From positions 62,001 through 126,000 of the forward strand of contig JAPMXV010000049.1 of the NCBI GenBank assembly GCA_026936335.1: a stretch of DNA of 64,000 nucleotides, written 5' to 3'. Every line of letters starts with the position of its first letter. The first letter of the stretch is position 1. This DNA comes from Mantamonas sphyraenae STR306 (lineage: Eukaryota > Protista > CRuMs). The translations under genes were made by a program, and so were the position numbers. Below are positions 37,501 through 48,715 of this stretch, one piece after another. The notes below the pieces were generated by a model, which saw nothing but the letters and a program-made list of their open reading frames with translations, was not told the origin of the DNA and ran no database searches.

Positions 37501-40500
37501 GTACAAAGTGACCTGTCCGCTGGCGCAATCCAGCTGCAGCAGCTCGGCAATGGAACTGTCAAGGTCTTTTTTGTGCCAGTGCAGCTTGCTGCGTTGAACA
37601 TCAGCGTGTTGGTCAACGGCACACACGTGCTCACTCGTCAACTTGACGTTCTTCCCACCACACAGCCCATCCAGTCGCTGCGATTTGACCAGACGGGGAC
37701 AGTTGTGAGCTTGGCATTCAACGGCCAGCTCACCATATCCAGTGGTCCAGTGGCGTGCACCACGCTCTTTGAGACACACACTGTCGATCTGCTGGGGCCA
37801 TCTCCGTCTTGCACGGTCGCTGCCTCTTCGATCACCGTGCTTCTGGGATCCGGCTTTGCCCTTCGCCCTGGCACAAACATGACCATCCGCAACACATGGC
37901 TCCTCGATCCGAGCACAAACCAGACGTACACACACTCCCTGTCGGCGCCTGTGCTGGTGCCGCTCGTGGGCGCCACCGCGTCGTCAACCGCTTCCATTCA
38001 AGCTCCTCAGCTGGTGGGCAAGTGTGCCGAGGTCCAGCTCGGCGTTACCGCCCTCCAGGGCCCGCTTGTGCTCCACTACACCTGGAGTCTGCAATCGACG
38101 ACAGCAAATGCGTCCTTGCCATCGGTCGCTTCACTAACAGCTCTCCTGGCCACAACCGACGGCGCCTTTGTCACCATTGCTTCGTCATTGCTGCAGCCTG
38201 GCGCAAACTACACCTTTGGTGTACGATTGACCAACTTGTTTGCCGTCAATGGCAGCGTGGTGACAAAGACGGTTGCTGTGTCACCCAACGACGTTCCCAC
38301 CGTTGTGGTGCAAGGTGGCACCGACCAAACCGTCGTGTTTGGCAATGACCTCCTCGTGTCCAGCACCGTGCAGCAAGAGTCGCTGTGTGCCTCGTCCAAT
38401 CTCGGCACGCTCTCATTGCATTGGGCGTTAACCAACATCGCCAACCAGCAGCCGGTGGCTCTGGATGCCCAGCTGCAAGGCGCGGCGGCCATCAAGCTAC
38501 CAACGTCGGTGTTCACGTCCATCGGACAGCAGTTTGACCTCACGCTGACGGTGACTGCTGCCAACGATGTGTCTGTGTCGGCGACAGCAGTGGTACGCAT
38601 CACCGTGACCCGTCCGCAGCTGCAGGCTGTGATTGCAGGTTCCAACCGCACTGTCGCACGTTCAGCCGGGACCACCCTGGCCTTGGATGCGTCATCTAGC
38701 AATCCAAAGTCGCTTTCTGGGGTGCAATACCACTGGAACTGCGCCCCGGCATGCAACGGTGCGCTGAGCGCGCTCTCAGGCCCCACGGTTTCCGCCAATG
38801 TGGCCAGTTTGTCCAGTGGCCAGGTCTATTCGTTCACAGTGATTGTGGAGGATTCTGTTTCTGCACGGAACAGCTCGGCTGTGCAGTTGGTGACCATCAC
38901 CGACAGCAATGTGCCGGTGCTGTCAATTGCACCGCTGTCGTCGAACCGCATAGCTGTCCATGACCAGCTTGTGCTCCAGGCAAGCTCCACTCGAGCCGTG
39001 TCCTACGTATGGTCCTCGTCGCAGATCAATGTGACTTTGGTGGCCGTGGACGGCACTGACCGAGGCGCACATCTGATCCTTGCTGCAAATAGCCTCACCG
39101 CAGGCACGTCATACGTCTTTCGTGTGCAGGGAACAGATTCTTCCGACAGCCAACTGGTGGGTGAAGCCAGCGTCCAGGTGTACGCCAATGTGCCCCCCTT
39201 GGGTGGATCTGTGACCGTGCTCCAGCGCAATGGGTCGTTGTTCCAGTGTCGCTTCGCGGCCTGGACAGACGAGGCCGGCGATCTGCCGCTGCGGTACGCA
39301 TTGTCCTATACACGCACGGGTACCTCCACGACCGTGTGGGTGGTCCAGGACAGCGTTTCACCGCAGTTTGACTTTATCCTACCCCCGGACGCCGTGGATG
39401 CTTCAAACAATGCCAGTATGACGGCCTATGTGTCCGATGTGTACGGTGCACGCACCGCGGTGACCTTGACCGTGTCGCTGACAAGTGGAAACCCGACCAA
39501 TGACGCGCTGTCGTCGGGCAGCCTCAGCGCGGCCATCGGTCTGCTCACGTCGCTCAGCGCGAGTGCAGACTGCACGCTGTTGCGCCAACAGGTCGACGCC
39601 ATGGCCATCAGTCTCAACGCAGGCAACCATGTACTGTCCACCGCCGACGTGGCTTTGTTGCGCCAGGAGCTGGCCTCGCAATCACTGTCCTGTTTTGCCA
39701 AGCAGCCTGTACAGGCGAGCCAGCTCGTGCTGCAAGCGAATACCCTTGAGACTGTGCTCAAGGTGCCCACAGAACACACGCAATCGAGCCTGGACCAAGT
39801 GGCTCTGTACATCAACGACACGCTGTGGTCTGCTGCCCAACAGGGGATTGCTGTTGACACGGACGCCGCCATCCTTTTTGCGCGCTCGCTAGGCCATGTG
39901 ATGGCATACGGGTGGAATTCGACACAGCACAACCAAAGTCAAACGGTGCTCACACGCTGTCTGGAGGCAGTGGATGTGCTCATGCGTCTGCTCAGCGCAC
40001 AGCTAACCTGTGGCCAGGCACCGGCCAATGTGGACACGGCTGGATTCAGCTTGACCCTTGCGCGACGCTTTGTGACCCAGCTGGACGGCAGTGTCGTACA
40101 GCCGAGCAGTACCGCAAGCACAAGTGTCGCATCTGCCTCCATACCGTCGTCCGTCATCACCTCGCTGGCCAACGCGCCATCGTGTGTTGACGCACAGCTC
40201 GTCGTGTGGAAAACCAGCCCGTTCCTGTGGCAATCCAACTCCAGCGACGTGGCTGCCAATCTCGTTGGGTTCTCGGTGGCTCGCACTGACAATGTGTTGG
40301 ACACGTTGACGCTGTCCAACCTGGCCTCGCCCGTGCAGTTGACGCTGGACATCAACGGAACCGGCTTCGGTTCGCTCGCCACCCATTCGATCGCGTGCGA
40401 GTTTTTCGATCGTCTCGGTGCACAGTGGTCCACAAGTGGATGCACGCTGGTGTCTGCAAGCAACGTCACAAACACGGCAGTCTGCTCGTGTACGCACCTC

Positions 40501-43500
40501 ACCGAGTTTGGTGTTCGTGTTGTCCCGTCCACGGGCTCCACACCCACCAACGACGTCAAATTCGATGCAAACGGTCTCGTGGCGCCGCTTCTGTCTGTTT
40601 GCCCAGTCTCCGTAGGCATGTTTGCCGTTGTGCTCACCATCTCCGTCCTCGGGTTCTACCTGCTGCTTCTTGCTGTCATCTACTGCACGACCAACCACAC
40701 CATCCACGGCATTGGCGCCGCAGTAATGGACAACAACAGCACACACGGACCCACAAAGAGCAGGCTCGCCAATCGCACCCACCTCGACACGTCGCTTGGC
40801 AACGACACAACCATGCTTGGTCCGGGCCTGAGCTCTCCCAGCGTGTCGCGCAGACAGCCGGGGCAACAAAAGCGCGTTGCATCGTCGTCATCGACGGCGC
40901 TGCACATTGCAAGCGACGCCCCGTTCTCTGTTGTCTTTGCTCACATGTGGATGTTCCATCACGGCCTCTTTGGCCTGTTCCGACGCCGGCGCCCGTCCGA
41001 CGTGCGTTCGTTCTCCAACTTTGAGCGTGCCATGGTGCTTTTGGCCAGCGTGTGTGCAGTCATGATGGTCAGCGCCTTGTACGTATCCGGCGAGCACGTG
41101 GGCCACTTTTCGTGGGCTGTGGCCGCCACCGCAGGAGCAAGCGCCTTTGTGCTGGCCAACCTCTTTGCATTGGTGTTTGTGTTGACACAGCCGGATGGCA
41201 CAGAGAGCATGGTCATGCACACCGTGACGGTGTCGGCGGCAGCCGACGCAGGTGAGCTAGACGACAGCTCATCCGTGCTTGCGGACACGTCGGCACAGTG
41301 GCACACGCGTAGCAACGTCGACGAGTCACGCAGTAGCAAGCGCTCGGGCGTGGGACGTCTGAGTGTGACGCCGTGGAAGCGCATGCGTGGCGGGAACAAA
41401 GTGGGCGTCACGTCGACTCCAGAGTCCAGTGGCCATGCAACCCCAGGCAAAACTCACGGGACGTTTGAGGACAGCCGCACCCTGGGCACGCCCTTGAGTG
41501 TCAACACAAGTGCCATGCGACCGGGGACAGGAATGACGGCAACGCCTGAGCGCCCGTCCACTACTGGGCACCAAAGCGCGGCCACACAGACCCGTTACGC
41601 ACCAGGACACCTGTTTCCACCTTGGATGGACCATGTGACCATGTGTTTGCTGGTATGCTTCTGCCTGTCGGCCCTATTCCTGTCGATTTGGTACACGCGT
41701 TGCCTGTCGACAACCTACGCGCAGCTGGGCTTTGGCATCGCCGTGGGCGTTGCGTTTGGCATCTACCTGGTGCTGGAGTCCCTCAAAATCGTGTTCATGA
41801 GTGCCTTGCGTGTGGTCACGCCGTGGGACGCACGCAGGGACAGTGTCGAATCACTGGAGCTGAACAAGTCTTTGCAACACTCGCGTGGAGGCAACAATGA
41901 TGATCATGATGACGACGAGGACGAGGACGACATCGAACGGCACATGATGCCCACTCCGAAGCCACCAACGCCGCTGAAGGCTGGAATGAACGGAGCACAC
42001 ATGGGTGACAGGCTCTCCCAGGGCGAAGACAAAGACGAAGACGAAGACGAAGACGACGTTGCACGTGCTCGCACGGAAAGCAACGAGGAAGCAATGTCTG
42101 TGGAGCAGTCGATGAGCATCAAACCACCACAGGGACCGATGCAAATGCGCAGCCCTGCACCTGGAGAGAATGGCAGCCATCTGAACACGCCCAACTTGCC
42201 TCAGAACCCGAATCTGCACGAAGTCTACGACGAAGAGGACTTGGGCAAGGAGCATCCGATGCACAAACGCCTGCGCCGTCTGGTGGACGACGACGACGAC
42301 GACTTTTCCGATGCAGACAGTGACGGCGGCGAGTACGACGCGACTCTGAGGCGCAAGCAGAGTGTGATCAAACGCAAACCGCTGCTGCAAATGATGGAGA
42401 GCTTTGCAGACACAAACGAGGACGCAGAGCAGCAGGCGCTGTTTGAACAGCGGATGGAGCAACTGCGCAAGGAAGATCAGGGAATGCGACGCCGTTCGTC
42501 CGAGCTGAGCATCAACGGCTCCATGGACGCAATGACAGCGGGGCCTCCGTCGGCTCTAAATTTTACACGCCCCACGTATGCTCGCCACAACCAAGGAGAT
42601 CAACCCAAGGGAGTGCGCAAGGTGTTGCAAATGGGCAACGAACGCAGCAGCGACAGCGGTAGCGAGGCCGTACCAGGTATCAAGCCATTGCACACGACGC
42701 ATGGAAGCACTGGCGAAGCAGAAAAGGCAGAGCCTGTCGCGGAGCCAGCGCAAGGTCAGGAGGATGAAGAAAGTGACGAGGAGGAGCTGACGCAGGCACC
42801 TGCGCTGCCGGATGTTGCGCAGCGAGCGACGCTCGAGGTGATTGCGTCGGATGAGGTGGAAGAGGCGATGAGCAGGAAGCACACTGTTGTAGAAGACGAC
42901 TACGGCGAGCAGGAAGGCGAAGGCGATGGCATAGGCATCACGATGGACGCTGACCACCGTCGTGATCACCACACCGACGCAGCCATGACAACCATGGAGG
43001 CAGTGCAGGTGGTGTCTGGAGAGAGGCAAGGCGCAGGTGATGGGCGCGGGGCAGCAGTTGTGGACACAGAGACAGGCGAGGCAGTGCTTAGGGCTCGCCA
43101 ACCTGTGGGAGTTGTCGAACGCAGCCGTAGCTCGAGCTCACGATCAAACCAGACGCGCACGGTGCAGCTTGCAGGCCACCGCGTGGATGACGGCGGCTTT
43201 GACGCGGAGGATCCTGAAGAGGACGAAGAGGAAGTGCTGCGGGAGGAAGAAGCCGAGGCCAATGTGGGCATGGACGAGTTTGAGGCATTTGAGGCCGAGA
43301 TGGACGAAGATACAGGTCTGGAAGACGACTGGGACGAAGATGACGACATGGAACTGGAAGAGACGATTCGCAGGCTGAGCGGCACGGATGGCAAATTGAG
43401 CGCCAGCGACCTTGGGGCGCTTGTGAGCAGGGTGCGCAAGATGCAACTGGCCATCGGCGAGGTGGCGACAGCGAAGCGCAAGGCAAAGGAGATGCGAATG

Positions 43501-45262
43501 GCTCATGCGCGAGCCATCATCCAGGACGAACAGTCTGGTCTGGAGGCCAAGGAAGGGGCAGCCTCGGTTGCCAAGTTTGCAGCGCAGGAGAAGCTGCGCA
43601 TGCAGTTGGCAGAGCGTGCCAGGCGTGCCGGAAAGGAGCTGAACACGGAGAAGCTGCAGCGGCAGGGATCGAGCGGAGCGTTGTCTGTGGAGATTTTGGA
43701 ACGCAGGAAGGAGCAGCACGGCCAACTGGATAGCGTGGCACAAGAAATGGTGGAGGCGAACAAAGAGTCGCTGGCATCGTTGGAGCAGGCACGGGAGAGT
43801 GAACGGGCGCAGCTGGAAAAGGTCGCCCACAAACTTGAAGCGCGTCGCAAGAGGCGACAAGAGCGCACGGCGAGCCAAGACGACGCAAGCAGCAACAGCG
43901 GCGACATGGAAGAAGTGGCCGCGGACGCGTCGGACGAACTGGTGACCACTGTGAAGAAGCTGCTGGAACTGAAGCACCAAGAAAGTGAAGAAGGGCTCGT
44001 AGAAGAGTTGAGCGCGGAAGATGTGAATGCCATTGTTGGTAGCGTGCGCAAGGCACGCAACGCGCTGGTGCAGATCACGACAGCGAAGCGAAAGGCGCGC
44101 GAGGTGCATCAGAACTACGAGAACGCGAAAAACCTGATGGAAGAGCGGAAACAGGAGCACATCAAGGCAGTGGTGGAACAGGAGAAGGAAAAGATGGCTC
44201 AGGACGAGAAGCTAAAGGCAAAGATTGCAGCGAGGCGTGCGGCACGCACGGGAAGCGTTGACACGTCCACAGTGGCACAGACCAAGGTGCTGGTGCACAA
44301 GTCGCACGTGGAACACATGCAACGCAAGGCGGAAGAGCACCAAGAGGAGCTGGACAGGCTGATGGCTGAGCAACAAGAGGCCCAACGTGTGGAGGAGGAG
44401 CGGCGTGAGGCACAAAAACGCAAGCTGGAGGCACGCTTGGCCAAGCGGGGCATCCAGATGAAGAACAAAGTGCAAAATGAGCAGGAAAAGGACAAAGACA
44501 CAACGGAAGGGGCAGAGAAGAAGCAAGAGCAGGAGGTCCAACAGGCCAAGGAACCGGAGAGAGTGCGTGTGGTTGAAGCGCCTGAAAGCGCCTGAAGAAG
44601 CGGCAGCAAAGGCAGCATCGGCAGCGCCGACTGCAGAAAACGCCGGAGACAAGGCAACGAGGAAGGAGGAAAGGCTTCGACGACAGGAAGAGCAGCGAAA
44701 GGAGCTGGAGGCGAAGCAGCAGGAGGAATTGACGGCGAAGCAGGCAGCAGGAAGCGATTCGTTGCTGGCAAAGATTTCGACGGCCAAGGTGGCGGCTCAC
44801 CAGATTCACGAGTCTGCAGAGGAACAGGTGGCGCGCAGAAAGAAGGAAAAGGAGGAGGAGGAAGCAGCAGCAGCAAAGGCGGCACGTGCGAAGGAGGAGG
44901 CACTTGCGAAGGAGAGAGAAAAAGCAGCACAAAGGCGTGCAGCCGAAGCAGCACAGAGGCTGAAGGAAGAACGGAGAAACGCAGAGGTTGAAGCCCAGAA
45001 GAAATTGGCAGAGGAGAAGCGCAGGAAGGAAGAGGAGAAGAGGCGAGCGGCGGAGGAGGCGCGGGCAGCTGCAGAGGCGGCGGAGCTCGCAAAGCTGTTG
45101 GCGGAGGCAGAGGCAGAGGAACACGAGATGGAAATGGCACTGCAGACACAGGAGGAACGGGAACAGGCAGAGAAGCTGGAGAAGCGCAGGCAGCAGCGGC
45201 TGAAGCGTGAGGAACGCAGACGGCAGCGCGGAGGGCAGGCAGGCGACGACGACAGTGCGTAA
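31520..45262 (+). CDS. Giant polycystin-1-like receptor, paralog C: signal peptide, ~14 filamin repeats with 2 inserted LamG domains, REJ, GAIN/GPS, 5 TM, ~1100-aa acidic/coiled-coil tail
   Basis: Exon 31520-31901, intron 31902-32275, then ORFs 32276-, 32789-, 36565- and 44477- joined by indels near 32807 (+1), 36498 (-1) and 44586 (+1). The GPS is CEFF..WSTSGC..CSCTHLTEF (40396-40509). PKD1-like segments are HHGLFGLF..FSNFERAMVLL and FPPW..LESLKIV. Confidence 0.85.
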
Positions 45263-45369
45263 GGATGAGAGTGGAATTTTGGAATGGAAGCAGAATCATG
45301 TGTCCCTGCAGAAAGAGAGTTGTTGCGCCCCAGCGCCAGAGCAGACAAAGGAATCCGTCTGGGGGGAAG

Positions 45370-48300
45370 ATGCGCGTGTTGCTCGTAAATGCCTTTCAGG
45401 CGCCATTTGTGAGCACGCGCACGAACCAACAGAGCAAGGAGGAGGTGGAAGCGAGCATGGGACAAGATCACGTGCTTGAGTTTGGGGACACGATGGCGTG
45501 GCGGCGGTTTGTGCGAGCTGTGCGTCAGGCTTGCAAGCCGTTGGAGCAGGTGGACGAAGTAGAGTATCTGCAACGCACGGTGAACACGCTAGACGACTTT
45601 ATCTATGCATCGGGCCACTCTTCAAACACAGAGTCGATCACACGCTTTGACAGAGTTGATTTTGTGTTTGTCGGAGGTGAGGCGAAGCAGGTTCCCTGGC
45701 ACGACGGGCTGGTGAAGCTGTTCATTTTGCTAAAGATGTGCTATGAGACGGGAAAGTGTGTGTTTGCCTCGAATGTGGCGATGCAGGTGCTTGCGAACAT
45801 CATCTGCACGGATGGGGTGCGCATGAAAGTGCTCAACGGACACGGACTCGGCTCGCCCGGCCATTTGATGAAGGACTTTGACGTGGGCCACATCACACAC
45901 CAAGGTAAGTGTAAAACAAGTCAGGGACGGATAATCTGCGCCTTTGCGCGCGATGAAGCGCCCAGAAGGGTTGTGGGAGTCCATTTTGATCATTTGGATT
46001 CGGACGGTTGGATTTGGGCGGGCTGCAACGGGCGAGCGTGGCATGCTGCCAAGACAGGGACTAACGCGTGACGAGGGTGGATGACACGACAGGTCTGGAA
46101 CACTACCTGTTCTACGACAACCATACGGGCGAATGCTACCAGTATGACGCGAGCATGGGCGGTTGGTTCTGGACGTTCAACTGTGGAGTGCAACTTCACG
46201 GGGCACCGCGACAGCAGAGGCGATACAAGGCCAAACCGGTGCTGGACAGTGAGGACAACGCAGCGTACATGGGACAAACACGGTGCACAAAGGTGAAGCA
46301 GGAGCTGACGCACTATGCGTGGGCGGACATCCAATCCAACGATTTCCTGGTGCCGTGCCACCACGCGTGGGACGTGCGCGAGGATGTGGGCAAGCTTCAC
46401 GCAATGTGCACTGTGCTTGCCACAAGTGACTGTGGCATCGAAGTGTTTGAGTACGGCCACATGCTGGCAGTGCAGTTTGACATCAACCCTGTGTACAAGG
46501 AGACGGTGCAGCTGGTGCAGACCTGGGTTGCGCAGAAGCTGGAGCTGTTGCACAAGTTTGAACGGCTGGAGTTTATGAGCCAGGGCATGTTTCAGCAGTT
46601 TGTGGTGCAGGGGGCAGACTTTACGCAGGTGTTTCACCCGCCGCAATTCTCCGCAGGCAGCAGCAGCAGTAGCAGCAACAGCAGCAGTTCTTCGATGAGC
46701 AAGAGTGGTAGTCGCAGGGATGGAGGAAGGGGAGGCAGCAAGGACGATGAGGACGACGAAGACAAGGACGAACGCGGGATGGCCCGACCGCTAGCCGAGC
46801 ACTGGGAGAACAACCGGGATATGAACTTCCAACCACCGATGATGCGCAACCGCAACCAAATGGAAGCTTTTGCGCAGTATGTGAAGGAGAACCAGATTGC
46901 GGTGAAGGAGAGCGTGCTGCAGCGTGCCATGCAGCAGTCGCGGGAACGGCAACGCGGGCTGGCGTTGCGTTTGGAAACCGACGAGGACAAAGAAATGGCG
47001 AAGCTGTTCAAGCACGGAAGCAAGGTGGTGGAGAGTGGGGGCATCAGCAAGCAGGCCATGCGGTCTGCACTGGGGATCAAAAAGCGAGTACGAGGCCCGC
47101 CGCCACGTGCACCAAAGATGGTGACCGGCAAGGACTACAAGCTGCTGAGCGGAGGAGGACGTGCAGCACAGCCGTACCAGCAGATGATGCTGGAGCGACG
47201 TGGACAGGCGACGCGTGCGGCGATCGCTCAGCCCAAACGTCAGGTGACGCCGCAATACCGCAGTCAGGAAACAGAGACGAAGCGCAACACAATGCGGCTG
47301 CGTGCCAAGGACAGCAGTCGAGTGCACTCAGATAAGCTGAAAGACGGCAAGTTGGACGCCAGTACGGCAGCAGAAGTCGGTGGTGGGATGGATGAGGAGG
47401 ATGGTTCACAGCAGTTTCACGGCGAAGGCGAGAGCGAAGACGATGTTTTTGAACTTGCATTTGAGCGGACGATTGCATCTGCACGTGCGCAGGTGCGTGT
47501 GGTGGAGGAAAGCCCAGGGAGCATTCGTGAGCAGCATCGGCGGGTGAACGCACAACGGCCGGTGAGTGCGCGTCGGCCAATGTCCGCACGCGATTGGTAC
47601 GGTCGGACGAACAGCGGAGCACAGAAGCAACGACCAGCGAGCGCTCTGGACGCAGCTGTGAGAAGCAGGGAGAAACGGCCGTCGAGTGCAGCAGCCACTC
47701 GGCTGCTCCGTTCCGCAGCCGCCACGTACGGGGAACACGTGACACAGCAGGAAGCCATCGTCCCTGAGCCTCAGCTAACATATCGAGCCTCGCGCGTTCG
47801 CAAGGAAATGCACGACGGCCTGTCCACAAAGGACGCGTCGATTTTCGTGCGCAAAGAGGCGCCACGAAGCGAGGCCAAGACGCCGCCACCACGCACCGAA
47901 GTGGTGCACAGGCTGCAAAACGGCATTGAGATCCTGCGTGCTCGCAATGACCCGGGAAACGAACGTCAGCAGATGAAGAAGAAGCTGACGCGCATGCAAG
48001 AGCAGGTCGAAAGGGAGATCCGCGTGCAGGAGCGCAAGAAGAAGTTGCGTTTGGACCTGAGCAAGCTCAACACGCTGCAAGGGATGATGGGCCAAATCAA
48101 AGCAGATCTGAAGCAGGCTGCCAGCGAGGAAGATGGAGAGATGGACAAGAGCGAGGGCGGACTTGAGGCGACGATTTGGGTCAGGACGAGGTCAATGCTC
48201 GCAAGTATGTGGTGATCCAGCCAGTGCGCGACAATCTGAGCACAGAAAGACGACTGCGCAAGAAGAAGAAACAGGCTGCGGGTGAGTTGCTTGAGCGCAC

Positions 48301-48673
48301 TCCGCCTCGAGAAAAGTTCCAGGAGAGTGTGTCGATTCAACGGCAGCAGGAGAGGTCCAAGTTTCTGGCTGGAGATTTTGTTGTGTCACATCATCCGCCT
48401 CGGCAAGGCGACCAGGAGAGCCAGAGTCTGAGGCGTGCCACGGGCTACGTGGACGGATGGAAACTGGCGCACCACCCGCGCGACACAGACAAGAGCAAGT
48501 GGATCGACCCGAATGGATTCAACACCATTCACAGCAAGAGCAAGCGACGGCCACTGAGTTCCAAGCCGCAACGTCCGTCGGGGCAGCCGCAGGGTCGTGG
48601 GGGCGAACAAACGGACGTCGTGAAACCGCGTCGTCCCGTCTCTGCCGTGGTTCGCAGGGCATACAGGAGGTGA
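45370..48673 (+). CDS. Degenerate class-I glutamine amidotransferase-like domain protein with a long charged tail
   Basis: The sequence MRVLLVNAF..DFVFVGG..KCVFASNVAMQVL..AVQFDI follows the GATase-I pattern but lacks the catalytic Cys and His. The intron is at 45905-46092 (GTAAGT..ACTAAC..CAG). A probable -1 indel near 48176 joins ORF 48176-48673. Confidence 0.6.
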
Positions 48674-48715
48674 AGTGAAGGTGAGGGAGACATTGACACA
48701 ACAATGCTACTTCTT

